Positions 28,013-38,648 of a stretch of 64,000 bases of DNA are shown here, in pieces; positions within the stretch are counted from its first letter, which is position 1, and the number at the start of each line of letters is the position of its first letter. Location of the stretch: NCBI GenBank assembly GCA_046583355.1, contig JAYGCM010000069.1, forward strand, positions 1-64,000. Direction: 5' to 3'. This DNA comes from Deltaproteobacteria bacterium. GTDB taxonomy: Bacteria; Desulfobacterota; Binatia; UBA12015. The notes below the pieces were generated by a model. The model was given only the letters and a program-made list of their open reading frames with translations, searched no databases and was not told the DNA's origin. Made by a program: the position numbers and the translations under genes.

Positions 28013-28769
28013 GCGACTCGCGACGTGTGTTGATCCGCGCCGCGGCCATGGCGGCGCCGAAGCCATTGTCGATATTCACAACCGTGATCCCGGCGGCACA
28101 CGAGGTCAGCATGCCCAAGAGTGCCGTGAATCCGGCCAGGGCTGCGCCGTAGCCTACGCTGGTCGGTACGGCGATGACAGGACGCTCGACGAGTCCCGCC
28201 ACGACGGTGGGAAGCGCACCTTCCATCCCCGCGACGACAATCAGAACATTGGCCTGCGTGATTGCTTCTTTTTCGCTGAGTAGGCGGTGTAGGCCGGCCA
28301 CCCCGACATCGTAGAGTCGTTCTACGGGGTGGCCGAGAGCCTCCAGGGTGCCGACGGCTTCTTCGGCAACGGGGAGGTCGGTCGTGCCGGCGGCGACGAC
28401 CAAAATCGTGCCGAAGGCCTGTGGTGTTGCTTTTTTGCGGATGATGCGGGCGAGTCGCGCCACGGCATCGTATTCGGTTTCGGGCAATGCCTGCTGCAGT
28501 GCCACCGCCGCGTCCGGGGCGATGCGCGTGACCAGAACATTCTGCTCGGTTTGGGCAAGGCGCAAGGCAATGGCGACGATTTGCTCGGGTGTCTTGCCCT
28601 CGCCGAAGATTACCTCGGGCGTACCCGTGCGCAGAGCACGGTGGTGGTCGATGCGGGCGAAGCCGAGGTCCTCGAAGGGCAGGTGTTTGAGCTCGTCCAA
28701 CCCCGCGTCAAGGTCGAGATCGCCGCTCTGGACCCGCGCGAGGATCGCGCGCAAGCGCTCGGCGGTCAT
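28005..28769 (-). CDS. larB: Nickel pincer cofactor biosynthesis protein LarB
   Basis: FARIDHHRALRTG.PEVIFGEGK, DVGVAGLHRL, AGMEGALP, VVNIDNGFGA. Confidence 0.95.
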   Translation of the reverse strand: MTAERLRAILARVQSGDLDLDAGLDELKHLPFEDLGFARIDHHRALRTGTPEVIFGEGKTPEQIVAIALRLAQTEQNVLVTRIAPDAAVALQQALPETEYDAVARLARIIRKKATPQAFGTILVVAAGTTDLPVAEEAVGTLEALGHPVERLYDVGVAGLHRLLSEKEAITQANVLIVVAGMEGALPTVVAGLVERPVIAVPTSVGYGAALAGFTALLGMLTSCAAGITVVNIDNGFGAAMAAARINTRRESHE

Positions 28770-29887
28770 TCCTCGTTTTCTCCCGGTTCCACTTCGATCA
28801 CCTCGATCTCTTCGATCGAACGCTGGCGCGTCCGCAATATCCGAAGCGTGGCATACGGCATCGCGAAGATCTCGCCGACGCTGGGGATGCGCTCGAAATG
28901 GTGCAAGAGCAGGCCGCCCAGAGTTTCGTAGTCGCCTTCGGGCAGGCGCCAGGGGAAACGCTCGTTCAATTCCTTGACCTCGGCTCGGGCGCCGACGTGG
29001 AAACGGCCATCTTCCTCTTTGCGCACAAGGTCCGCGTCGCGGTCGTATTCATCGGCGATCTCACCGACGACTTCCTCAAGCAGGTCCTCGATGGTGACGA
29101 TTCCGACGGCACCGCCGTACTCGTCAACCACGACGGCGAGGTTGACGCCCTCTTCCTGGAGTCGACGCAGCACATCATTGGCGAGGACCATATCAGGTAC
29201 ATAGGTGGCCGGTTTTATACGATCCTTGACGCGGGTGGCCTCGCCCGGAACGAGCAGGTCGAACGCATGGATCATGCCGACGATATTGGGCATCCGTTCA
29301 TGGAAGATGGGCAGGCGCGAGTGACCCTGGCGGCGCACGATCCGCACGGCTTGCGCGAGCGAGGAATCGTCGCGCAGGGTCGTCACATCGACCAGCGGTA
29401 CCATCACATCTTTTACCTGGACGTCGGCAAAGTCGAAGATCCGCCGGATCATCTGGCGCTCTTCCCCGACATCTTCGGCTGGGTTCTCGGCGACAAGGCT
29501 GGCGAGCGGCGCGCGACTCCAGGCCGGGTCGGCGTCTTCGTTGGCCCCTCCGCTGAGTGCACCAAGAAACGCGAGCAATCTGCTGGGCCCGGCATCGGCG
29601 CCTTTCTGGGTGAAGGCGCGTGGTAATCCGTCGCCCAGAAGCAGCGTCAGGGGGGTGGCGAGGATGGTGAGAATGAGGCCCGTGACACCAAGCGCGGCAA
29701 AGGCGGCGAGCGCCAGGCCCAGGGCCAGCGTCATCGTGCCGAAGTCGGCGAGAAGGAAGGCACCGCGCAATACGGCCGCATCGGTCGCACCGCCGGGCCC
29801 GCGTAGCCGTGCGGTTTCGCGGGAGATGGCGAAGATGCGCAGGGCGGCTCCGCAGAGGGCGAGAAGCAGGCCCGCGGGCAGCATCAT
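28766..29887 (-). CDS. CNNM/HlyC-CorC family CBS-domain protein
   Basis: N-terminal TM segments; VKDVMVP, HSRLP, VVDEYGG..GIVTIEDLLEE; CorC tail. Confidence 0.88.
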   Translation of the reverse strand: MMLPAGLLLALCGAALRIFAISRETARLRGPGGATDAAVLRGAFLLADFGTMTLALGLALAAFAALGVTGLILTILATPLTLLLGDGLPRAFTQKGADAGPSRLLAFLGALSGGANEDADPAWSRAPLASLVAENPAEDVGEERQMIRRIFDFADVQVKDVMVPLVDVTTLRDDSSLAQAVRIVRRQGHSRLPIFHERMPNIVGMIHAFDLLVPGEATRVKDRIKPATYVPDMVLANDVLRRLQEEGVNLAVVVDEYGGAVGIVTIEDLLEEVVGEIADEYDRDADLVRKEEDGRFHVGARAEVKELNERFPWRLPEGDYETLGGLLLHHFERIPSVGEIFAMPYATLRILRTRQRSIEEIEVIEVEPGENEE

Positions 29888-31065
29888 GAGTCTGTCTCCA
29901 CTCGCACGCGGCGCAGCACCGTGCCCTCGCGACGCTCGACTGTGAAGCGCAGACCGTCAATCGTCACGGACTCGGCCACCCGCGGGATGCGCCCGCTCTC
30001 GGCCATCATCAACCCGCCGACGGTGGTCGGCTCGGCCTCGGTCTGAATCGGGCGGTCGAGGATCTCGCCGAGTTTCTGAATCGGCAGACGTCCCGAGACG
30101 ATCAAGCTGTCGCCTTGACGAATATGATCCGGCAATTCGGCGCTATCGCCTTCGTCGCGGATCTCACCGAAGAGTTCTTCCAGAAGATCTTCCATCGTTA
30201 CCAGCCCGATCAGGCTGCCGAGGTCGTCAAAAACCAGCGCAAGGTGGGTTTTGCGTTCGCGGAGCTCACGAAAGGCGACATCGACGGCGGTCTCCGGAAA
30301 AATGAGCTCGACGGGATGCAGTAGGGATTCGAGATTGAAGTCGCTGTCGAGAGTCTTGCCCAGCAGGTCCTTCGCGTAGAGGATGCCGGCGATCTCTTCG
30401 CCATCATCGCGGCGGATCGGGATACGGGCAAAGCGGGCTTCGTCGACTTCGTGGATGAGTTCAGCGAGGCCCAGATCCAGCGGCAGCCAGAACATATCGA
30501 CTCGCGGTGTCATCACATCGCGGACCTGGCGGCTGCCGAAAGAGCGGACGTTGGCGAGGAGCTCGCGTTCGTCCGCATCGAGTTCGTGGGCGCGCGCGGC
30601 CTGCTCCTCTTCGTCGGCGAGATGCTCCATCGCACCGGGCGATTGGCGGCGCGCGACATCATGGCCGAGCACGCGCAACGCCCGCGTCATCGGCAGGAGT
30701 TTTTGTACGACGCGCCAGATCCGACCCTGCATAGGACTGTTGCGCCGCCGGGTTCGTTTGCGTGCGATCAGCGAACTGACCCAGGCGAGGACCACCAGGG
30801 CGGCTGCGGGCAGGGGGCTCGCCGGCACGATCAGGAGCCCCGCGGCAGCCGCCAGGGCGAGGTTCGCGTCCCGGCAGAGCCAGAGTGCGGTCAGCGAAGC
30901 GCGCGGAAAGGCGCGTGCATCGCGGATTTCGGCAGGTTCATGATTGCCCGCGGGGCCACGCAAATTGCGCAACAAGGCGGCCTCGGCGGAGGCAATCGTT
31001 CCGGCAAGTGTGGCGAGGATCACGCTGGCAACCAGCATCATGAGAAGAGCCGGTGTTGCGATCAA
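29884..31065 (-). CDS. CNNM/HlyC-CorC family CBS-domain protein
   Basis: VRDVMTPR, FARIP, GLVTMEDLLEELFGEI; CorC tail. Confidence 0.88.
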   Translation of the reverse strand: MIATPALLMMLVASVILATLAGTIASAEAALLRNLRGPAGNHEPAEIRDARAFPRASLTALWLCRDANLALAAAAGLLIVPASPLPAAALVVLAWVSSLIARKRTRRRNSPMQGRIWRVVQKLLPMTRALRVLGHDVARRQSPGAMEHLADEEEQAARAHELDADERELLANVRSFGSRQVRDVMTPRVDMFWLPLDLGLAELIHEVDEARFARIPIRRDDGEEIAGILYAKDLLGKTLDSDFNLESLLHPVELIFPETAVDVAFRELRERKTHLALVFDDLGSLIGLVTMEDLLEELFGEIRDEGDSAELPDHIRQGDSLIVSGRLPIQKLGEILDRPIQTEAEPTTVGGLMMAESGRIPRVAESVTIDGLRFTVERREGTVLRRVRVETDS

Positions 31066-32063
31066 TTTGCGTCGCCTCGGAAATGGTCGAAGCCGTCACG
31101 GGCCGGCGCATGCGGGGCGCCGTGCTTGTCGTAGAGGACGATGCCGTGGGTGGGATCGGTCGTATGGCCAATGACGCTCAGGCTGGTGCCGCAGGCGCCG
31201 GCGAGCTTGGCCAACTCGGTGTCGAGGCTGCGGGGGACCGTGACCAGGAGTTCGTAGTCTTCGCCGCCGCTCGCCGCGAAATCGCGGCCCGCGGCATCGA
31301 GTATTTCGACCTGTGGCGAGCGCGGTAAGGCCTCGCGCTGGATGCTGGCGCCGACACCGCTGGCGCGGCAGAGATGGCCGAGGTCGGCGAGCAGGCCGTC
31401 GCTGATATCGATGCCGCTGGTTGCGCCGGCGCTTGCCAATACCTCGCCAGCCGCCAGCCGAGCGCGCGGCTGTGCGAAGCGTTCGCGCAGTGGCGGAATC
31501 GGGTCATGGCCGGCCTCCCAGGCGGCGACGGCCGCGGCCGCATCGCCTAGCGTGCCGGTTACGACAAGTAGATCATCTATGCCAGCACCACTGCGCCGCA
31601 ATGCGGGGCCCGAGAGCCGACCGAGTGCGGTAATGGTGATGGCGAGCGAGGGACCGCGGCTCAAGTTGCCGCCGACCAGCCGGGCGCCCACAGCGCGGCC
31701 CGCGTCGGACACGGCCATCGCCAACTCTTCGACCTCTTGCTCGGCAAACCCGGCCGGCACCACGAGCGCGAGGAGCAATGCGACCGGGCTTGCGCCCATT
31801 GCGGCGAGGTCGCTCAGGTTGGCGATGGCAGCACGCCGGCCAAGCTCGGCCGGCGTCAGCCAGCCGTTGCGGAAATGTACGCCCTCGACCAGCGCATCGG
31901 TGGTTGCGACGAGTCGTGCGTCGCCGAAGGCGAGGACCGCCGCGTCATCGCCGGGCGGAACTTCAAGGGCAGGGTCGGGGCTGGTCGGCGTGAGTCGCCG
32001 GCAGAGGCCGGCGAGGAAATCGTGCTCGCTCCAAGGCCCCGGCAGAGGGTCGTCGTCAGTCAA
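31062..32063 (-). CDS. thiL: Thiamine-monophosphate kinase
   Basis: GDDAA, TTDALVEGVHF, NLSDLAAMG, DISDGL, GGEDYEL. Confidence 0.95.
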   Translation of the reverse strand: MTDDDPLPGPWSEHDFLAGLCRRLTPTSPDPALEVPPGDDAAVLAFGDARLVATTDALVEGVHFRNGWLTPAELGRRAAIANLSDLAAMGASPVALLLALVVPAGFAEQEVEELAMAVSDAGRAVGARLVGGNLSRGPSLAITITALGRLSGPALRRSGAGIDDLLVVTGTLGDAAAAVAAWEAGHDPIPPLRERFAQPRARLAAGEVLASAGATSGIDISDGLLADLGHLCRASGVGASIQREALPRSPQVEILDAAGRDFAASGGEDYELLVTVPRSLDTELAKLAGACGTSLSVIGHTTDPTHGIVLYDKHGAPHAPARDGFDHFRGDAN

Positions 32064-32069
32064 GGCGTA

Positions 32070-33182
32070 TCAGCCAAACCTTTCGCGTACCTTATCGAAG
32101 AAACTTTTCTGCTGCGGGTGTACCTCTTCGCCGAAAGATCCGGCCAGCTCGGCGAGCAGTTCTCGTTGGCGCTCGTCGAGTCGCCGCGGTGTTTCGACGG
32201 CAATTCGGACCATCTGGTCGCCACGGCCGTAGCCGTGCAGATCGGGGATGCCGCGTCCGCGCAGGCGGAAGACACTGCCGGATTGGGTACCCTCTTTGAT
32301 CTTCATCGTGACCGAGCCCTCGATCGTGGGGATCTCCAACTCGGTGCCGAGTGCGGCCTGCGGGAAGGTTACGGTGACTTCGCAGAGGACGTCATTACCT
32401 TCGCGGCGGAAGAGGTCGTGTTCCCGGACTTGTACGATGACGAAGAGGTCGCCGGCGGCCCCGCCGGGGCCGGGCTCGCCCTCGCCGCGCAGCTTGAGGC
32501 GGGTGCCGGTGTCGACTCCGCCGGGAATCTTCACTTGCAGATCCTGTTCCTTGCGGACCAATCCTTGGCCGCGACATCCCACGCAGGGGTCCTGGACGAC
32601 GCTGCCGCGCCCGTTGCACGCACCGCAGGTCTTGGCGATCGAGAAAAACCCTTGCTGAAAACGTACCTGGCCGGCACCGCGACAGGTCTTGCATTTGATC
32701 GGCGCGGCGCCACCTTTGCCGCCCGTGCCGCTGCAATCCTCGCAATGGACATGGCGCGGGATGCGGATTTCTTTCTCCGTGCCGAAGCATGCCTCCTCGA
32801 AGGAGATTTGCAGGGAGTAGCTGAGGTCTTCGCCGCGTCGTGGGCCGCCGCCGCGGCGAGCGCCGCCACCACCGAAGAAATCGCCGAAAAGATCGCCGAA
32901 GATATCTTCGAAGCCGGTCGAGTTGAAATCGAAGCCAGCACCGCCGCCGCCTTCGAAGGCCGCATGGCCGAAGCGGTCGTAGCGAGCGCGCTGATCGTCG
33001 TCCGAGAGGACCTGGTAGGCTTCGGAGGCTTCACGGAATTTCGTTTCCGCCGCTGCGTCGTCCGGGTTGCGGTCGGGGTGGTATTTGAGCGCGAGTTTGC
33101 GGAAGGCCTTCTTGACAGTCTCGCTGGTCGAGGTTCGCTCGATGCCGAGCACCTCATAATAATCGATCTTGGTAGAGGCCAC
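32070..33182 (-). CDS. dnaJ: Chaperone DnaJ
   Basis: J domain with HPD, G/F region, four CxxCxGxG repeats; probable GTG start at 33182. Confidence 0.97.
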   Translation of the reverse strand: MASTKIDYYEVLGIERTSTSETVKKAFRKLALKYHPDRNPDDAAAETKFREASEAYQVLSDDDQRARYDRFGHAAFEGGGGAGFDFNSTGFEDIFGDLFGDFFGGGGARRGGGPRRGEDLSYSLQISFEEACFGTEKEIRIPRHVHCEDCSGTGGKGGAAPIKCKTCRGAGQVRFQQGFFSIAKTCGACNGRGSVVQDPCVGCRGQGLVRKEQDLQVKIPGGVDTGTRLKLRGEGEPGPGGAAGDLFVIVQVREHDLFRREGNDVLCEVTVTFPQAALGTELEIPTIEGSVTMKIKEGTQSGSVFRLRGRGIPDLHGYGRGDQMVRIAVETPRRLDERQRELLAELAGSFGEEVHPQQKSFFDKVRERFG

Positions 33183-33207
33183 GCGCGCTCCGTTGCTGAA
33201 ATGACGA

Positions 33208-33233
33208 AGGGGCGCGGCTTTGGCCGCGCCCCT
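33208..33233 (-). terminator. GC-rich stem-loop between dnaK and dnaJ (weak terminator or mRNA stabiliser)
   Basis: 11-bp perfect stem AGGGGCGCGGC-TTTG-GCCGCGCCCCT; poor U-tract. Confidence 0.55.
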
Positions 33234-33245
33234 CAAGGGCTTTGG

Positions 33246-35189
33246 TTAATTTTTGACTTCTTCGAAGTCGGCGTCGACGACATCGTCATCATCGTTGGGT
33301 CCAGCGCCGGCCTCTCCTGCCGAGTCCTTTGGTTCGGTGGTCGCTGCATCGGGTCCGCCTTCGCCTCCGGCCGACTCGCTCGCCTTGGCATACATGACCT
33401 CGGCGAGTTTGTGGGCTGCCTCGGAGAGCGTCTGACCCGCCGCGCTCAACGCGTCGGCTTCGGCCTCGGTATCTTCTTGCAGCTTTCGCGCATCCGCAAT
33501 GGCGGTTTCGATGGTTTCTTTGTCCGCCGCCTCAAGCGACTCGCCGTTCTCGCTGAGAGATTTCTCGGTCTGGTAGATGAGCGAATCGAGTTGGTTGCGG
33601 GCATCGATCGACTCGCGTCGCTTCTGGTCTTCCTCGGCATGGACCTCGGCGTCGTCGACCATTTTCTGGATCTCTTCTTTGGAGAGACCCGAAGACGCTG
33701 TAATCTGGATGGATTGCTCTTTGCCGGTGCCGAGATCTTTCGCATGCACATGCACGATGCCGTTGGAGTCGATGTCAAAGGCGACTTCGATCTGCGGCAG
33801 ACCGCGCGGCGCCGGCGGCAGTCCGACAAGGTCGAATTGGCCGAGCAATTTATTGTCGCTCGCCATTTCGCGCTCGCCTTGGAAGACCCGGATGGTCACG
33901 GCCGTCTGGTTGTCCGAGGCGGTCGAGAAGACCTGGCTTTTCTTGGTCGGGATGGTGGTGTTTTTTTCGATCAGCTTGGTGCAGACGCCGCCCAGCGTCT
34001 CGATGCCGAGCGAGAGCGGTGTCACATCGAGGAGCAGGACGTCTTTGACATCCCCCTGCAACACGCCGCCCTGAATGGCCGCGCCGACAGCGACGACCTC
34101 GTCGGGGTTCACGCCCTTATGGGGCTCCCGGCCGAAGAGTTTTTTCACCTGTGCCTGCACCGCCGGCATGCGCGTCATGCCACCGACAAGCACGACTTCG
34201 TCGATCTCGGAGGTCGAGAACCCGGCGTCCTTCAATGCCGTGAGGCAGGGGGCATTCAGGCGGTCGAGCAGGTCCGAGCAAAGCGCTTCGAGCTTGGCAC
34301 GCGAGAGCTTCACGTTGAGATGTTTGGGCCCGGAAGCGTCGGCCGTGATGAAGGGCAGGTTGATATCGGTTTCCGAGGAGCTGGAGAGTTCGATTTTGGC
34401 CTTCTCGGCCGCTTCCTTCAGGCGTTGCAGGGCCATGCGGTCGTTGCGCAGGTCGATGCCCTGATCTTTTTTGAACTCGGCGGCCAGGTATTCGATGATG
34501 CGCTGGTCGAAGTCCTCGCCACCGAGGAAGGTGTCGCCATGGGTCGACTTCACCTCGAAGACGCCGTCGCCGACCTCGAGAATCGAGATATCGAAGGTGC
34601 CGCCGCCGAGATCGAAGACGGCGATTTTCTCGTCTTTCTTCTTGTCGAGGCCGTAGGCGAGGGCTGCTGCGGTGGGCTCGTTGATGATGCGCTTCACCTC
34701 GAGGCCGGCGATCTTGCCGGCGTCTTTGGTGGCCTGGCGCTGCGAGTCATTGAAGTAGGCCGGCACGGTGATGACCGCCTCGGTGACTTCTTCACCGAGG
34801 TAATCTTCCGCGGTTTGCTTCATCTTTTGCAGGATGAAGGCCGAGATCTCGGCCGGGTTGTAGCTTTTGTCGCGGGATTCGACCCAGGCATCGCCGTTGT
34901 CGCTGCGCACCACCTTGTAGGGCAGGACGGTGGACGCCTGTTGCACATCGGAATCGTCGAAGCGGCGCCCGATGAGGCGCTTGATCGCAAAGACCGTATT
35001 CTCGGGGTTGGTCACCGCCTGGCGTCGGGCCACTTGACCGGTCAGCCGCTCGCCGTTCTCGGCAAACGCGACCGTCGACGGCGTAGTGCGTGCGCCCTCG
35101 GAGTTCGTGATGACCTGCGGATCGCCTCCCTCGACGATTGCCACACAGCAGTTGGTTGTGCCGAGATCGATGCCAATAATTTTGCCCAT
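33246..35189 (-). CDS. dnaK: Chaperone DnaK (Hsp70)
   Basis: [27 protein letters not shown]-terminal DADFEEV. Confidence 0.99.
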   Translation of the reverse strand: MGKIIGIDLGTTNCCVAIVEGGDPQVITNSEGARTTPSTVAFAENGERLTGQVARRQAVTNPENTVFAIKRLIGRRFDDSDVQQASTVLPYKVVRSDNGDAWVESRDKSYNPAEISAFILQKMKQTAEDYLGEEVTEAVITVPAYFNDSQRQATKDAGKIAGLEVKRIINEPTAAALAYGLDKKKDEKIAVFDLGGGTFDISILEVGDGVFEVKSTHGDTFLGGEDFDQRIIEYLAAEFKKDQGIDLRNDRMALQRLKEAAEKAKIELSSSSETDINLPFITADASGPKHLNVKLSRAKLEALCSDLLDRLNAPCLTALKDAGFSTSEIDEVVLVGGMTRMPAVQAQVKKLFGREPHKGVNPDEVVAVGAAIQGGVLQGDVKDVLLLDVTPLSLGIETLGGVCTKLIEKNTTIPTKKSQVFSTASDNQTAVTIRVFQGEREMASDNKLLGQFDLVGLPPAPRGLPQIEVAFDIDSNGIVHVHAKDLGTGKEQSIQITASSGLSKEEIQKMVDDAEVHAEEDQKRRESIDARNQLDSLIYQTEKSLSENGESLEAADKETIETAIADARKLQEDTEAEADALSAAGQTLSEAAHKLAEVMYAKASESAGGEGGPDAATTEPKDSAGEAGAGPNDDDDVVDADFEEVKN

Positions 35190-35336
35190 TTGCTTGGTTC
35201 CTTTTTCTCAGGGCCGGTGGGCCGCCTGGTGGCGGCGACGGATGCCTGGAGCATCGATCGACCTGAATTTCCTTGGATTTTCGTTGGTGCGACAAGAAGG
35301 TAAGTACGATCCGCCGCGCTGCAAGGGGAAAAGCGC

Positions 35337-35942
35337 CTACTTTTCCTCGGTTTCGGGGGTCGGTGCCTGGGCGACCGTGACCTGGGCTGCGCGCAGCAGT
35401 CGGTCGTGCAGCTGGTAGCCTGGCCGGTGCTCATCCATGACGTGCCCCGCTGTGGCGAGGGTGGTCGGGATCTGGGCGAGTGCCTCGTGCACGGCGGGGT
35501 CGAAGGGCTTGCCGGTGGCCTCGATCCGGGTGACGCCGTGGCGCTCGAAAGTTCCGCGGAGATCTTTCAGGACCAACTCGACGCCTTCGCGCAGAGCGGC
35601 GACAGCGTTCTCTCCCTCGGCATGTGCGACGGCTAGTTCGAGGTTGTCGAGGCTGCCGAGCAGGTCGCGCAGAAGCCCGGAGCTGGCAAAGCGCAGCGCG
35701 TCGGCCTTCTCGCGCATGAGGCGGCGCTTGAAGTTCTCCAACTCGGCCCTCTCCCGCAGGAAGAGGTCGTGGTTCGCGGCCGACTCCTCGGCTTTGCTGC
35801 CGATTTCCGCCTCCAACGCACGCACCTGCTCCAAGGCTTCGGCGAGGGTCAGGGGCGCGGGCGCCTCTTCGGCGTCTTCAGGTACTCCAGCCACTCCGGT
35901 TATCGGGACAGCATTTTCTTCGGTTTTTTCCGCTTCGCTCAT
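35337..35942 (-). CDS. grpE: Nucleotide exchange factor GrpE
   Basis: AELENFKRR, FDPAVHEA, GYQLHDRLLRAAQVTV. Confidence 0.96.
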   Translation of the reverse strand: MSEAEKTEENAVPITGVAGVPEDAEEAPAPLTLAEALEQVRALEAEIGSKAEESAANHDLFLRERAELENFKRRLMREKADALRFASSGLLRDLLGSLDNLELAVAHAEGENAVAALREGVELVLKDLRGTFERHGVTRIEATGKPFDPAVHEALAQIPTTLATAGHVMDEHRPGYQLHDRLLRAAQVTVAQAPTPETEEK

Positions 35943-36001
35943 GGTTTTTCTCGTGTAGCGGCCGGGCCTCGAGTCATCCGATCCCGGCGCTGCACCGCCG
36001 A

Positions 36002-36030
36002 AACCTAAGCACGCGCAGGTGGGCTGTCAA
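36002..36030 (-). promoter_or_regulatory. Candidate sigma70-type promoter of grpE-dnaK-dnaJ
   Basis: TTGACA (36030-36025), N17, TAGGTT (36007-36002). Confidence 0.55.
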
Positions 36031-36114
36031 CGGTCCACGGCCCTCGATCAAGCTGCGCTATTTTCCCGCATCCGTCGTCTCAGATCCGGAGGCTTTTTGT
36101 GCTATTCGGGGTAG

Positions 36115-36927
36115 ATGCGGGGCAAGAGGACAGCGGCAGTGGTGTTGCGCACGACGCCCTTCGGGGAGTCGGACAAGATTGTCACATTGCTCTGCGAAGA
36201 TGCCGGAAAAATCACTGGTATCGCCAAGGCCGCCAAGCGCTCGCGCAAACGCTTCGGTGCTGCGCTCGAGCTTTTCTGTCATGTGCGGCTCGATTATCGT
36301 GAGCGTCGCGGTGCCGATCTCGTCTTTCTCGAACGCGCCATCATTCTGCGCCCTTGGAGCGGCTTGGTGGCATCGCTGGATCGGTACGCGGCGGCGACGC
36401 ATATCATCGAGGTGGCCGACAAAATCTCGGCCGAGCGCGAGGTGGGCTGCGACCTCTACGATGTCGTTGTCGCGGCGTTGGACCGTCTCGATCGCGCCGA
36501 GCCCTGCGCGGCTACGTTGCGCATTTTCGAACTCGCCGTCCTCGCGGCCTCCGGCTACGGCGCCGATTTCTCCCGTTGTGTGGGCTGCCGGGTGGGCCTC
36601 GGCGAGGGGGATTTTGGGGCCCGCGTTCACGTGCCGGGTGGCGGCCTGCTCTGCAGCGATTGTGCTGGTTCCGAGGCCGCCGGGATTCACCTCACGCGCG
36701 AGAGCATCGATTGCCTGCACCGTCTGGCCGGGCTGGTGGCGATGGGCCTGCCCAACGAGGCTCGCGATACTTTTTGCCCCGCGACTCTCTTCGGCGTGGA
36801 CGAAAGTCTCGAGATCGAGGCCGGCCAGCAGCGCACGGCCAGCGAGCTCAGGCTCGCCGTCGGTGCCCTGATCGAACCGCATTTGCGATCCCCCCTGCGT
36901 GCATTCGACTTGATAAGCGGAATCTGA
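36115..36927 (+). CDS. recO: DNA repair protein RecO
   Basis: AVVLR..FGESDKIVTLL, AKRSRKRFGAALE, CxxC...CxxC zinc finger. Confidence 0.93.
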   Translation: MRGKRTAAVVLRTTPFGESDKIVTLLCEDAGKITGIAKAAKRSRKRFGAALELFCHVRLDYRERRGADLVFLERAIILRPWSGLVASLDRYAAATHIIEVADKISAEREVGCDLYDVVVAALDRLDRAEPCAATLRIFELAVLAASGYGADFSRCVGCRVGLGEGDFGARVHVPGGGLLCSDCAGSEAAGIHLTRESIDCLHRLAGLVAMGLPNEARDTFCPATLFGVDESLEIEAGQQRTASELRLAVGALIEPHLRSPLRAFDLISGI

Positions 36928-36941
36928 GTCGATCGCCGGGT

Positions 36942-36961
36942 TAGAGGCCCGGCCGACAAGT
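36942..36961. repeat. Repeat family A copy after recO
   Basis: TAGAGGCCCGGCCGACAAGT; its reverse complement matches 22643-22662 at 19/20. Confidence 0.65.
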
Positions 36962-37048
36962 GCGAGGGCCTTATTCCCTCCGGTGGCGTTTCGTCCCCTT
37001 CAGGGGACGTGTACCGAAATCCGTCCCCTTCCCTCGTTTGGAGATGTG

Positions 37049-37065
37049 CCCGGAGGGTCCCTGGT
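37049..37065 (+). repeat. Repeat family B copy
   Basis: CCCGGAGGGTCCCTGGT; 16/17 match to the copies at 42739 and 44080. Confidence 0.55.
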
Positions 37066-37148
37066 CGCTCCCGGCTTCCCGGCCCCCGGCTTTCGCTGGC
37101 GGCTTTGTGGTGCGAGGCGTTCGCCGCTAGGACGGGCTGGCCCTTCTC

Positions 37149-38630
37149 ATGATGAATTTCTCCCGATCGATTTTTGCGGCTTCTGTGCTTGTGCTGGCGT
37201 GTTTTCCTGGAATGGTCGGGGTTGGTGCGGCGGCCGGAAAGATTGTTGGCTCGGGGCGGGCCGAGGCGCTCGGCGTGGTGCGCTTCAACCACGCCAGTCA
37301 AGCGCAGCTGCCTTCCCTGCGGATTGACCTGGAACTCACCCAGCGCCTGGGCGGCGGGTTTCGCTGGAAGCTGGGCACGACGGGCCGGGTGGGTGGTCCC
37401 GTGGTCGACCCGAGCGGTGCCGGGCTCTTCGACCTCGCGCATACCTTCCAGAATGTCGCTCCCTCATTGGAACTGGGTGAGGCCTGGGTCGAGTATCGTG
37501 GCGATACTCTCGATCTGCGGGTGGGCAACCAACGGTTTTTCTGGGGCAAGCTCGACGCGCAGCAACCCAATGACCTTCTGAGCCCGCGCCAGTGGCAGGA
37601 CCCGCTCATCACCGACGAGAAGCGCACCAAGATCGCCGTGCCGGCGGTGTCGGCCGATTGGTATTTCCCCGAATCCTGGCAGGCCTTTCTTCCCGACGAG
37701 AGCCGCGCTTCGCTGGTCTGGCAACCCTTTGCGCTTCCTTGGCGCTACCCGCTCACCGAGGAACGCTGGTTCGCACCGGCGCTGCGTGCGCCCGGCGCGA
37801 TTGTTCTGGGCGCGATTCCGGGAACGCCATGCCCCTGTGACGTGGCGCTCGACCAGAGCGTGCGCAATAGCGCGCCACCCGTTCGTAGCCTGGATAATGG
37901 CAACGTCGGGCTCCGGCTCTCGGCGCGCAGCGCCGGGGTCGATTGGGATCTGGTCTATTTCAATGGCTACGACCCGCAGCCGAACTTCTCTGTCGCGGTG
38001 CAATTGCACGAGATGGCCTCCGCTGGTGGGACAGGGTTCTCGGCCGATGTGATCGTCGAGCCCGCCTATGAGCGCTTCCAATCGATCGGTGGTGGCGCGG
38101 CCTTCGAGGCGGGGGATTTCACCTGGCGCACCGAGCTGGCCTACCGCAGCGACCGCCCCTGGCCGATGACGCTTGCCGAGGTGCGCCGCGGCATCGAGGA
38201 GGATCCGCAGGCAGTCGCTGCGTTGCTCAGCGGCCAAGAGGTCTTCTTGCCGGCTTATGTGAAACGCGACGCGGTTGAGTGGGGACTCGGAGCGGACACC
38301 TTTTTTTTCGATGACCTACATACGATTCTCGAGGTGCACCAGACCCTGCTGATCGACAACGACGTGCGGTTGCTCGTGCGTAACGTCGATACCAAGATCA
38401 TTCTGACCCTGCGCAAGCCGCTGTGGAATCAGCGCGTCGAGACTGAATTGGTTGCGCTTTTCGGAGCCGAGTCGGGCTACCGGCTCCTGCGTGTCGAGGC
38501 CGATTATGCCTTGAGCGATGCCCTCCATCTCGAGGTCGGCGCGCTGCTGGTTGCCGGTACTTTCGACTCGTTGATCGGCCAATACCGCAACAATGACGAG
38601 GCTTTTTTCCGCATGGTCTGGAGCTTCTAG
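37149..38630 (+). CDS. Outer-membrane beta-barrel protein (DUF1302-like)
   Basis: Signal peptide; LGEAWVEY..LDLRVGNQRFFWGKLD..PNDLLSP; terminal WSF. Confidence 0.65.
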   Translation: MMNFSRSIFAASVLVLACFPGMVGVGAAAGKIVGSGRAEALGVVRFNHASQAQLPSLRIDLELTQRLGGGFRWKLGTTGRVGGPVVDPSGAGLFDLAHTFQNVAPSLELGEAWVEYRGDTLDLRVGNQRFFWGKLDAQQPNDLLSPRQWQDPLITDEKRTKIAVPAVSADWYFPESWQAFLPDESRASLVWQPFALPWRYPLTEERWFAPALRAPGAIVLGAIPGTPCPCDVALDQSVRNSAPPVRSLDNGNVGLRLSARSAGVDWDLVYFNGYDPQPNFSVAVQLHEMASAGGTGFSADVIVEPAYERFQSIGGGAAFEAGDFTWRTELAYRSDRPWPMTLAEVRRGIEEDPQAVAALLSGQEVFLPAYVKRDAVEWGLGADTFFFDDLHTILEVHQTLLIDNDVRLLVRNVDTKIILTLRKPLWNQRVETELVALFGAESGYRLLRVEADYALSDALHLEVGALLVAGTFDSLIGQYRNNDEAFFRMVWSF

Positions 38631-38648
38631 AGGCGCGCTCCCGATCCT

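Noticed and set aside
31737..35303. 1188-aa ORF on the plus strand
   Set aside because: It is the antisense shadow of dnaK-dnaJ, a well-known artefact of codon bias in GC-rich hsp70 genes, and has no independent motifs.
35943..36114. CIRCE element or hrcA upstream of grpE
   Set aside because: No TTAGCACTC-N9-GAGTGCTAA match and no hrcA gene in the window.
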